A stretch of 64,000 bases of DNA from Candidatus Babeliales bacterium (GTDB lineage Bacteria; Babelota; Babeliae; Babelales; JACPOV01). Under the pieces are notes generated by a model. The model was given only the letters and a program-made list of their open reading frames with translations, did not search any database and had not been told where the DNA came from. Where the stretch lies: contig JBFWNW010000003.1 in assembly GCA_050250855.1 (NCBI GenBank), positions 32,001-96,000 on the forward strand. The letters are read 5' to 3'. Each line of letters starts with the position of its first letter. Positions within the stretch are counted from its first letter, which is position 1. Position numbers and translations under genes: made by a program. Shown one piece after another: positions 48,471-57,078 of this stretch.

Positions 48471-49840
48471 AAAATAAAAATATGGTAAAACTTCCTTTTG
48501 ATAAAGCACTCCAACTCTTTGATGCATTTCTTGCAAAGCATGCATTGCCGCAAGAAAAAATTTTTGTTCTAGGCAAACAAGTTCTATGGCTTGATACAGA
48601 AAATAACCCTCTGTGTCTCTACCTACCAAACGAGCAACAATGTTCTATACAAGATATACAAGAACTGTATGATTATTCTTTGGAAAAAGTCACTTCAGAC
48701 TATTCCCCTATTGCCTTTCATGCTCTGGCGGTGCATAAAGGTAAAACTATCTGCAGCCTTGCTAACGATTTTTTTAGTTTTACGGACGAACCATGGGTTG
48801 AAACGCATCATGAAAATACTCTTATCTTTTCTTCTCTGTTTACAAAAAAAGAATTAAAAATTATTCATGATAAAAACACATGGCATGCATTACAAAATAA
48901 AGAACGCCTGCTGAGTGACCTTGATTATCTTTTTTATATCACGCGCCAAGAAAAAAATAATTATAATTACTTATACAGAGCGATTCTGGCTGACAATACC
49001 GATACAATAAAAAAAATTCTTTCCCGTGATAATTCGTTACTCAACATACACAATCAGTTTGGTTCTACCCCATTGGCAAATGCGTTTCTAGAAAAAGAAT
49101 TTGTACCAACAAAAGAATTGATTGCCCTTCTTCTTTCTTACCATCTTGATGTTAATCTTACATCTCAAGGATCCACCTTATTGCACTTTGCTGCTGACAA
49201 GGGGTATTCAACTATAGTAGCTCTTTTATTACAAGCTGGCGCACACATAAATATACAAAATAAAAGTGGCTGGACACCTCTTATGCAAGCAGCGGCAGCG
49301 GGGCACACAGAAATTGTAAAGCTACTACTTGATGCTGGCGCAAAAATAGATATCACAGGGAGCGTATTACTCTTAAAATCTTCCTATGATGCTGGCTATT
49401 ACGACTTTGATAATTTTGCAAAAAAAACGGGTGATGAAAATAAACCTGACAATTTTACCGCACTTATGGCAGGAGCAAGCAGTGGCAATAAGGAAGTTGT
49501 TAAGCTTTTATTACAGCATGGTGCTGCAGCAATAATCAATCAGCAAGATATTCTTGGCCGAACAGCACTATATTATGCTACGTTTCTGGGTCATGAAGAG
49601 ATTGTGGAACTTTTGCTTGCCTATAATGCTGACACCAATCTGAAAACATCTATGCATAAAACAGCTCTCATTACTGCCTCACGCAATGGTAATAAAAAAA
49701 TTGTTGAACTCCTCCTTGCGCATGGTGCAAACATTGATGATAAAGATAAACATCACTGCTCCCCCTTACGAAATGCCATAATCAAAGGGCATACTGAAAT
49801 TTATAAAATGTTATTAGAAGCAAAAAAGAATAATCAATAA
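48467..49840 (+). CDS. Ankyrin repeat protein with uncharacterised N-terminal domain
   Basis: About 160 aa non-ankyrin N-terminus, then ankyrin repeats. Confidence 0.88.
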   Translation: MKNKNMVKLPFDKALQLFDAFLAKHALPQEKIFVLGKQVLWLDTENNPLCLYLPNEQQCSIQDIQELYDYSLEKVTSDYSPIAFHALAVHKGKTICSLANDFFSFTDEPWVETHHENTLIFSSLFTKKELKIIHDKNTWHALQNKERLLSDLDYLFYITRQEKNNYNYLYRAILADNTDTIKKILSRDNSLLNIHNQFGSTPLANAFLEKEFVPTKELIALLLSYHLDVNLTSQGSTLLHFAADKGYSTIVALLLQAGAHINIQNKSGWTPLMQAAAAGHTEIVKLLLDAGAKIDITGSVLLLKSSYDAGYYDFDNFAKKTGDENKPDNFTALMAGASSGNKEVVKLLLQHGAAAIINQQDILGRTALYYATFLGHEEIVELLLAYNADTNLKTSMHKTALITASRNGNKKIVELLLAHGANIDDKDKHHCSPLRNAIIKGHTEIYKMLLEAKKNNQ

Positions 49841-49913
49841 AACTCTTTCTATTTTACCTGCAAAATCTCTAGGATTCTTTCTGAGCTATAACCTTAATAG
49901 AAAGAATTCTGTT

Positions 49914-50834
49914 ATGAAACATAGCAAAATCTATTTTATTATTTTTTTAAGTACTATAATTCCACCTCTAAAAGCAGCTGAAAATAAACCACTCATGCAT
50001 GCTTGTAAAAATAATGATACCACGAAGCTGCAAGAACTTCTTGGCAATGGGCACACCTGGGATCAAGAGCTCGATACAAAAGCTATTAATGAACGAAATC
50101 TTTATAAAAAAAATGTTAATGCTGATAATTATTTACAAGCCCTTGACCAAGAACAATATTATTTTGGCAATCCAGAAAACGTTCTTAATCGCTGCGCTGA
50201 TGACTCTCCTTTGCATTGGGCTATTGTGCACAAAAAATATAATCTCGCTCGCCTTTTAACATTATATGGCAAATTACCAAGTTTTAACCCCTGCAACGAT
50301 CTTCTTCTTTCAAAAAGCCCTTTGCGGCTTGTCGCTCTACAAAGAATCATTACAAAACAAGAAACGCTTGATTTTGAAAAATTTCTCTTGGCCCATGAAG
50401 TAACAACGCCGCAACCATTCCTAAAAACAAATGATGAGATTAATCTTTCAAAAGATCGCATAAAAACGTTTTTACTCTGCTGTAATAGATATAAAAATAC
50501 TTTCCTAGAAATTCCGCGTGATATTATTTTTCATATACTTTCTTTTATGCCTGAAGAAGTTTTTTCTGTTTCTATGCTTGCAACCGTAGTAAAATATTGC
50601 AGCATGCTACCAGAAAGCTATGTAAAAAGTTTACACAAAACAGCACTTCTTGATGCTTTTAAAAAACTAGATAATCTTGAATTGAAAAAAAAGTATAAAC
50701 AATCATGTAAAAATATTCTTATTGAGCATGGAATGCAACACCCTTCAATACATTATGTACAAAAATCTTATAATGCAGAAACTCTAGAAGAATTTTTAGA
50801 CAAACAACTAGAAGCTCTTTTTTATCTTTTTTAA
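49914..50834 (+). CDS. Secreted degenerate-ankyrin protein with F-box-like motif
   Basis: Signal peptide; DSPLHWAI; RIKTFLLCCNR...LEIPRDIIFHILSFMPEE. Confidence 0.75.
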   Translation: MKHSKIYFIIFLSTIIPPLKAAENKPLMHACKNNDTTKLQELLGNGHTWDQELDTKAINERNLYKKNVNADNYLQALDQEQYYFGNPENVLNRCADDSPLHWAIVHKKYNLARLLTLYGKLPSFNPCNDLLLSKSPLRLVALQRIITKQETLDFEKFLLAHEVTTPQPFLKTNDEINLSKDRIKTFLLCCNRYKNTFLEIPRDIIFHILSFMPEEVFSVSMLATVVKYCSMLPESYVKSLHKTALLDAFKKLDNLELKKKYKQSCKNILIEHGMQHPSIHYVQKSYNAETLEEFLDKQLEALFYLF

Positions 50835-51040
50835 CAAAAAAGTTATAAAAAATTAATTGCCATCCATCGCATTTTACGTTACATTTACCCTGTCTTATAA
50901 AAAAAGAATTCTTTCAACAGTAATGAACATTATTGCCGAAAGGGGGCATAAGTAAAGCGTAGCATTCAAAAACTATTTTCTTGTCTCTTTTTCATCGTTT
51001 TTATAAAAAACATACTCATCTCTGGTTAAAGGGAGTTTTT

Positions 51041-52561
51041 ATGAACCAATTTTTTAAAGCACTTCTTGGCTGTTTACTTATTGCAGGAACAGCTCAAGCC
51101 TCTCTGCCGGTTTTTGGCAAAACATTTTATCATCAACGCTCGCAAGGAGCTAATTTAGCACGCTGGCTTTCTGGGCAGGCACATCACGTACATTTGTGTG
51201 ATACTGATTGCGTTAACGGTAGCTGGTTTATAGCACCATATTATGGTCAAACATATAACGATAAAGAACTCGGTAGCTGGTTCTTCTTTAATGGCACCAA
51301 CACCATGCGCTTTGGGCCACAGGGTGTACAGGGCGTAGATGTTTTTGCGCGTAACTTCTTCTTGAATGATGACTTTGATGGTGCCGTTACCGCAAACCCT
51401 CGCGTCAAAAATTTCGTTGTTGACATCAACTTCTTCCTTGGTCTTGATGAATGGGTACGCGGTCTTTACTTCCGTATCGATGTACCGGTCAACTGGACTA
51501 GCTGGGATATGAAGTTAACACAAACAACAACAACACCTGGTACAATTATCGCAGCAAACACCTTAGGTAATGATATAGATCGCTCTTCTCCTTTGAACAA
51601 TATTATTGCCGCATGGAAAGGCGATACCTTAGCGCCAACAGATTTTCCTGATTTAAAACAAAAAATGCGTTTTGCCCGTATTGACGGCAAACAAACAAAA
51701 GCAAGCGTTGCAGATATCACCTTCATGCTTGGTTATGACATTATTTGTAATGAATGCTCGCACTGGGGTGTTTACGTTAACGTTGTTGCTCCTACTGGCA
51801 CACGCCCTGATGGCCAATTTGTCTTTGAACCTGTTGTTGGTAATGGCCGCTACGTTGAAATGGGACCTGGTACATCTGGTCATTTTGAACTATGGAATAA
51901 TGGCTGTGATCAATCATTTGGCATCTTCTTCCAGGGTTATGTTAACCATATGTTCCGCTCAAAGCAAAAACGTACGTTTGATTTAAAGCAAAATGGTATT
52001 GGTAGCCGTTACCTCTTGATTAAACGTTTTGACCCAAGCAGTGGCGATTATGCTAATGAGGTTCTTTTTGGACCAAACGTTTTAACGCGTAACTGCCGTG
52101 TAAAAAATGATATTCAAGGTGAAGGCGCCTTCATGTTTGATTATCAAAACTGCGGCTTTACCTTTGATGTTGGCTACGATATCTGGGGACGCACTAAAGA
52201 TAAAATAACTATTACGGAAACTATTCCTGCAAATACGTTTGGTGTACAGGGTACAACTTTAACGGGAAATCCTGTAGTAATAGGCAGCACGGATATGACC
52301 CAAAGCCAAGCTACTATTGCTAATCCAAATAATGGTCCTATTGATAAAGTATTTATCACTACAGAGGATCTTAATATTGAATCAGCAGAACATCCAGGCG
52401 CTGTTTCTCATAAGATCTTTACCCATATTGCTTATACATGGGAAAATTGTGATTACTTGCCTTTCATTGGCATTGGTGGTGAAGTTGAGTTTTCTGGCAG
52501 AGAAAACCGCGCTTTTGACCAATGGGGAATCTGGATTAAAGGTGGATTTACCTTCTTTTAA
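51041..52561 (+). CDS. Putative outer-membrane beta-barrel protein, Cys-containing
   Basis: SD GGGAG before MNQFF; AQA signal cleavage; amphipathic aromatic strands; C-terminal KGGFTFF beta-signal. Confidence 0.7.
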   Translation: MNQFFKALLGCLLIAGTAQASLPVFGKTFYHQRSQGANLARWLSGQAHHVHLCDTDCVNGSWFIAPYYGQTYNDKELGSWFFFNGTNTMRFGPQGVQGVDVFARNFFLNDDFDGAVTANPRVKNFVVDINFFLGLDEWVRGLYFRIDVPVNWTSWDMKLTQTTTTPGTIIAANTLGNDIDRSSPLNNIIAAWKGDTLAPTDFPDLKQKMRFARIDGKQTKASVADITFMLGYDIICNECSHWGVYVNVVAPTGTRPDGQFVFEPVVGNGRYVEMGPGTSGHFELWNNGCDQSFGIFFQGYVNHMFRSKQKRTFDLKQNGIGSRYLLIKRFDPSSGDYANEVLFGPNVLTRNCRVKNDIQGEGAFMFDYQNCGFTFDVGYDIWGRTKDKITITETIPANTFGVQGTTLTGNPVVIGSTDMTQSQATIANPNNGPIDKVFITTEDLNIESAEHPGAVSHKIFTHIAYTWENCDYLPFIGIGGEVEFSGRENRAFDQWGIWIKGGFTFF

Positions 52562-52585
52562 TAGCATTTTCTAATTTCTCTCCTT

Positions 52586-52613
52586 TTGAGCCCGGTTTTA
52601 AAACCGGGCTTTT
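52586..52613 (+). terminator. Intrinsic terminator
   Basis: AGCCCGGTTT-TA-AAACCGGGCT followed by T residues. Confidence 0.8.
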
Positions 52614-52774
52614 CATTTTACAGGTTCAAAATCATTCAATATTTTCAATATAAAATTAATTTGAAAAAACTATTGATTTTTTATTTCTATTTGTAAGAAA
52701 CTATAGATAAGAAGGTATGAAAATACCCTCTAGATAGGAATAGTGTATTATTAACCCTAAAAAAGGAGAGTCTC

Positions 52775-53098
52775 ATGAAGAAACTCATGTTAGCTCTAGC
52801 TATTTTCGCTGCTGCAGCATCTGCAGAAGCTGGTTACCGTAATTGCTACACACGTGGCACATGCAAAACATCTTGTGTTGAGCGTGTTTGTGAACCTAAA
52901 TGTTCACCTTGCAAGGTTGACAGAATTGTTGAACAACCTTGCCCTGAAGCTCCATGCTGTGTACGTTATGTTAAGGTTGAAGAACCTGCAATCATAACTA
53001 AGCACATCAGCTACTCTTGGGCATGTCCATCTGGATGTTCTGAAGAGAACAAAGCTGCTGGTATGATGAAAGCTGGCGAGCACGGTAATTTCAACTAA
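52775..53098 (+). CDS. Small secreted cysteine-rich protein
   Basis: SD AGGAG; AEA signal peptide; 11 Cys in the mature part. Confidence 0.8.
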   Translation: MKKLMLALAIFAAAASAEAGYRNCYTRGTCKTSCVERVCEPKCSPCKVDRIVEQPCPEAPCCVRYVKVEEPAIITKHISYSWACPSGCSEENKAAGMMKAGEHGNFN

Positions 53099-53125
53099 GC
53101 TTCAATAGCTTACGTAGAAATACAC

Positions 53126-53159
53126 GCCTCCTGAGCTAAACTCAGGAGGCCCTTTTTTT
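53126..53159 (+). terminator. Intrinsic terminator
   Basis: GCCTCCTGAG-CTAAA-CTCAGGAGGC followed by T7. Confidence 0.88.
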
Positions 53160-53214
53160 GTCTAAAAATTCCCTCACACCCCCCCTTCTCCCCCCACCTG
53201 GAGCCCAAATCCGA

Positions 53215-53242
53215 TTGACAAACTGCAATTTTAGTTTAAACT
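53215..53242 (+). promoter_or_regulatory. sigma70-type promoter of the peptidase operon
   Basis: TTGACA-16 nt-TAAACT. Confidence 0.55.
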
Positions 53243-53264
53243 AGTCTTTAAGATAGCGTTTTAC

Positions 53265-53288
53265 GTATACCTGTATACCTGTATACCT
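53265..53288 (+). repeat. (GTATACCT)x3 tandem repeat in the 5' leader
   Basis: Three perfect 8-bp units between promoter and SD GGAGG. Confidence 0.9.
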
Positions 53289-53318
53289 GAAATGACTATT
53301 TAAAATGGAGGAAAGACT

Positions 53319-54080
53319 ATGAATACAACTAAAAAATACTATGGTATAGCCTTAATAGCCACGGTGGCTCTGGGTGCTCTAATAAGTTTCAAATATCCCT
53401 TTTTTAACAAAAATACCCCAAAAACACATAATTTAGGGGCTACACAAAGCTTTTTTAAAGAAAAAATTGCTCAGGAAGAGAAAGAGCTTATAAATCGCCT
53501 AAAAGCCGAACTTGGCGTTGATTTAAGCTTAACAACACCGTCTCAAGACCATTGGCTAGGAAGCCCTACCAAGGCTCAAGGGACAGAAGATATTTACCAA
53601 CTCGTTTTTGATGTAGCACAAAAATACAATTTTAATGCTGATAAGCTTTCTATTGTCTTGCAACATAGTGACCAGGGGTCACCGGCAAGTACAAATAGTG
53701 CAGGCCAGCTTCTTATTGAAATGAACATCTTCCCGACACTACCCGTAAGCGTACAGCGCTTTATTATAGCGCATGAGCTCCATCATATTTTGCATAATGA
53801 TTTTGAGGAAACAAGAGCACTTAATAAAACATTAAATCAAAAGCATGTGTCAGGAAAAGCTCAAGCTCTTCTTGACGAATATGGTCGCTTTCAAGAAAAA
53901 CGTGCTGACGTTGCCGCTGCACTTCGTGGCGCTGAATGGGCACAAGGTTATCTAGATTTTGCTCATGAAGGTATTAAACGCTGTGCTCAGGATCCTGGCA
54001 TTAGTCACCCGACGTATAAAGAGCGTGCCGCACTAGCACAAACTATTATTGACCATATGCACGGTCTGCAAACAGTATAA
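53319..54080 (+). CDS. Membrane-anchored M48-like zinc metallopeptidase
   Basis: N-terminal TM; IIAHELHHI (HExxH), QEKRAD, ISHP. Confidence 0.8.
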   Translation: MNTTKKYYGIALIATVALGALISFKYPFFNKNTPKTHNLGATQSFFKEKIAQEEKELINRLKAELGVDLSLTTPSQDHWLGSPTKAQGTEDIYQLVFDVAQKYNFNADKLSIVLQHSDQGSPASTNSAGQLLIEMNIFPTLPVSVQRFIIAHELHHILHNDFEETRALNKTLNQKHVSGKAQALLDEYGRFQEKRADVAAALRGAEWAQGYLDFAHEGIKRCAQDPGISHPTYKERAALAQTIIDHMHGLQTV

Positions 54081-54097
54081 AACATATGGAGGTTATT

Positions 54098-54865
54098 ATG
54101 AATAAAAAATTACTTATAACTATAGCAACTATTACCGCATTACTCACTGTTTTCTGGTACTTTAAAAAACCAGGTGCTCGCTTGAGTATTCAACAAGCTC
54201 AGACGGCTACACAACCAATTTGTGCAAACCTTAACAAGCTTGAAGAAGAAGTATGGCAAGCTCTTTCTTCTGAAAAGAAGATAACAAAAGAGCAGGTTGA
54301 AGAAATGCGCCAAAAAAAGTATAGCGAATATAAAAAAGATCATACAAGGCCAGATAATGGGTTAACGCTATCTTCAGCGACCATTAGTTTTGTTCATAAT
54401 ATTATGGATGAATTCGGTGTAGATAAAAAAGAAATAATCCTTATTGCACAACCTTCAATGGTAGGTGCAGCACAGGTAATTGATGACTTTCACATGGAAG
54501 TTAATGAAAAAAATCTTGCTAAATTTTCACCTGAAGCTCAAGCGTTTATTATAGGCCACGAATTACAACATATTATCTTTAAAGATCACTCAACAGCCTA
54601 TTTTATACGTACCTTGCTACCAGAGCCAGAAAAATATGAGCCTCTGTTTGCGCGTGAACATCCTATGATGCAGTTTTATCGCTTCAGAGAAGAACGCGCC
54701 GATGTTATGGCTGCAACACGCAATGATATATGGGCACACAACTATGCCATATATGCACAAGAAAACCTTGCACTACGTGGTGATGCTGCCGTTGACTGGC
54801 ACGTTAGAAGTTCAAAACGTGTAGTATTGGCACAAGAAATTAATAATGCTCTGCAAACAGCATAA
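54098..54865 (+). CDS. Membrane-anchored M48-like zinc metallopeptidase
   Basis: IIGHELQHI, REERAD; SD GGAGG before MNKK. Confidence 0.8.
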   Translation: MNKKLLITIATITALLTVFWYFKKPGARLSIQQAQTATQPICANLNKLEEEVWQALSSEKKITKEQVEEMRQKKYSEYKKDHTRPDNGLTLSSATISFVHNIMDEFGVDKKEIILIAQPSMVGAAQVIDDFHMEVNEKNLAKFSPEAQAFIIGHELQHIIFKDHSTAYFIRTLLPEPEKYEPLFAREHPMMQFYRFREERADVMAATRNDIWAHNYAIYAQENLALRGDAAVDWHVRSSKRVVLAQEINNALQTA

Positions 54866-55080
54866 TGGAGAAAAACAGTATGAAAAAACAAATTAAACTT
54901 TTTGGTGTATTTATCCCTCTTTTTGTAGTGGCAGGAATATTACTTATACAAAGTTTTACTCATCACTTACAAAAGGTAGGAATAAAACAACAAGAACAAA
55001 AAGAACAAACAAAAGAAATAGAAACTGATAAAAAACAAAATGGAGAAAACAATGAAAACACTATTCAAAAAGAATCGTAA
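54865..55080 (+). CDS. Small single-TM protein
   Basis: One TM plus charged tail, coupled in the operon. Confidence 0.5.
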   Translation: MEKNSMKKQIKLFGVFIPLFVVAGILLIQSFTHHLQKVGIKQQEQKEQTKEIETDKKQNGENNENTIQKES

Positions 55081-55849
55081 ACACTTAGCATTAGCTCTTC
55101 TTGCACTTGTTGCAACGTTTGGTGCATACCGTTTTTACCAAGGGTTAACACAACAACAAGCAATTTATGAAGCACATGGTTCAAAACTTTCTGCAAAAGA
55201 ATATTTTGGACAATTGCTTACACAAGAACTTGATTGTGTATGGAAAGCTTTTGAAAAAATAGGTATTACTAAAAAACGTTATGAAGATGCAAAAAATAAT
55301 TACCGCAACCAGTATCTTCGCTCAGATTTTCCCGGTGGTTCTATTCAAGTATCAGACCAAACAAAACAGTTTGTTAATGGTATCTTAAAAGAACTTGGCG
55401 TAGATCCAGCAACTATAACTATTACAGGATGGGATGATATTTCACCTGCGGCAGCAACTGAACATATTATTTATATTAATGAAAAAGAATTTAGTAATTA
55501 TTCATTGCCTGCACGCCGTTTTATTATCGGCCACGAGATTCAGCATATCTTGCATAAAGATAACTGGTCACGCTATTCACTTGAATTACTATGTAACAAC
55601 GAAGTAGAAAAAATGGCTGGCAAAAAAGATCATCCATTGTGCCAATACAGTCGTTTTAAAGAAAAACGTGCTGACGTTACTATGGCAACAACAAGTAAGG
55701 AATGGGCTGAAGGTTACTTAGCTTTTGCCAAAGAATGGCATAAACGCGCAGGAGATAATCCTGGTGTAACTCACCCGCTTAATAAAGATCGTGTTGCTTT
55801 AGCACAAGATATTGTTACGCATATGAAAAGATCTGTACAAAGCGCGTAA
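55052..55849 (+). CDS. Membrane-anchored M48-like zinc metallopeptidase
   Basis: IIGHEIQHI, KEKRAD, VTHP. Confidence 0.8.
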   Translation: MKTLFKKNRKHLALALLALVATFGAYRFYQGLTQQQAIYEAHGSKLSAKEYFGQLLTQELDCVWKAFEKIGITKKRYEDAKNNYRNQYLRSDFPGGSIQVSDQTKQFVNGILKELGVDPATITITGWDDISPAAATEHIIYINEKEFSNYSLPARRFIIGHEIQHILHKDNWSRYSLELLCNNEVEKMAGKKDHPLCQYSRFKEKRADVTMATTSKEWAEGYLAFAKEWHKRAGDNPGVTHPLNKDRVALAQDIVTHMKRSVQSA

Positions 55850-55854
55850 AAGAT

Positions 55855-56100
55855 TTATTTAGTTCTTAATGCATGAATAGCTTCAACAGCATCCCTGATT
55901 GAAGCTATTTTTGCTGCTTTATCATCAGGAATTTCAATACCAAATTCTTCTTCTATCTTAATAATAACTTCCATAACTTCTACAGAATCTATTCCTAGCT
56001 GTTCAAAAGTCATAGTTGGCTGAATATCTTTTTTATCAATCTTAACGGTTTGGGCAATAAGGGAAATTACTTTATCTTGCGTATCATTTTGTTCAAACAT
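55855..56100 (-). CDS. acpP: Acyl carrier protein
   Basis: LGIDSVEVME (phosphopantetheine Ser), EEEFGIEIPD. Confidence 0.93.
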   Translation of the reverse strand: MFEQNDTQDKVISLIAQTVKIDKKDIQPTMTFEQLGIDSVEVMEVIIKIEEEFGIEIPDDKAAKIASIRDAVEAIHALRTK

Positions 56101-56120
56101 ACTATCTTTAAACTCCGCTG

Positions 56121-57071
56121 CTATTCATTTTTTGTTTCTATACTTTGTGGCAAAACTATTTTTTTAAGTACATCAAGATCAACCGGCTTATTTACGGCAA
56201 TAATTTTTTTATCAGGATATCGTTCAGCAAGGCCACGACTTAAGGTACTGCCCGGACCAACTTCAATAATAATATCGTATTTGCCCAGCTGATCAATAAC
56301 ACTATTCCAGTAAAGCGTTTGTTGAATTCTTTGCATACTGTATTCTTTGACAACATCTCCCTTACTTATCATTTTACCCGTAAGGCTACTAATAAGAGGT
56401 ACTGACAAATCATGAAAATCTATTTTCTCTAAATAAGCTCTCAACTGATCAATAACAGGATCCATTAAAGAAGAATGCAATCCTGCGCCAAGAGGCATCT
56501 CTTTTACTTTTGCACCCTCATCTGTCAGCGCCGTTTGGCAGCGCTCTACTGCGGCAGACGGTCCTGTAAGAATACCTTCTGCATCAGATATACGTATCGC
56601 TACAGAACATCCTTGATCACGCTTAGCTGTTTTTTCAATAATTTTTTCAACACGATCTAATGCGAGCTTAGTAACTTTAATAATGCGCACATCAGCGTTT
56701 GTAAGAAATTCCTGATAAAATTGTGCATACTTTGATAAAAAATAAAGACCATCAGGAAGATTAAGGCCACCAGTTGAAGATAAAGCGCTGTATTCCCCCA
56801 AGCCAAATCCTGCAACAACTTCAGGCACAATACCTTCTTGTTTAAGATATGCTGCTATAGAAAAACTTACTAAGAAAATAGCTTCATAAGCATTATCAAT
56901 TCTACTTAAATCTTGTTCAGATGAAGCAAAACACAACTTTACAAAATTAACATTCAGGCAGTTTGAAGCTTCTTCAAAATATTCTTGTATAAGCCTTGAT
57001 TCATCGTAAAGCTCTTTTGCCATTCCTACAAACTGACTACCGTATCCCGGAAATACCATAGCTATCTTCAT
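56121..57071 (-). CDS. fabD: Malonyl-CoA:ACP transacylase homolog, apparently catalytically inactive
   Basis: FPGYGSQFVGM, LHSSLM, IEVGPG; nucleophile motif reads GFGLG instead of GHSLG; start MKIA after GAGGG. Confidence 0.85.
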   Translation of the reverse strand: MKIAMVFPGYGSQFVGMAKELYDESRLIQEYFEEASNCLNVNFVKLCFASSEQDLSRIDNAYEAIFLVSFSIAAYLKQEGIVPEVVAGFGLGEYSALSSTGGLNLPDGLYFLSKYAQFYQEFLTNADVRIIKVTKLALDRVEKIIEKTAKRDQGCSVAIRISDAEGILTGPSAAVERCQTALTDEGAKVKEMPLGAGLHSSLMDPVIDQLRAYLEKIDFHDLSVPLISSLTGKMISKGDVVKEYSMQRIQQTLYWNSVIDQLGKYDIIIEVGPGSTLSRGLAERYPDKKIIAVNKPVDLDVLKKIVLPQSIETKNE

Positions 57072-57078
57072 ACTACCC

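Noticed and set aside
23054..49840. Prophage or transposon as the origin of the island
   Set aside because: No integrase, transposase, structural phage genes, flanking tRNA or terminal repeats seen
50900..51040. Riboswitch in the leader of the beta-barrel-like gene (TGCCGAAAGGGGGCA hairpin)
   Set aside because: Only one short hairpin; no known aptamer consensus recognisable by eye (an Rfam/Infernal scan would settle it)
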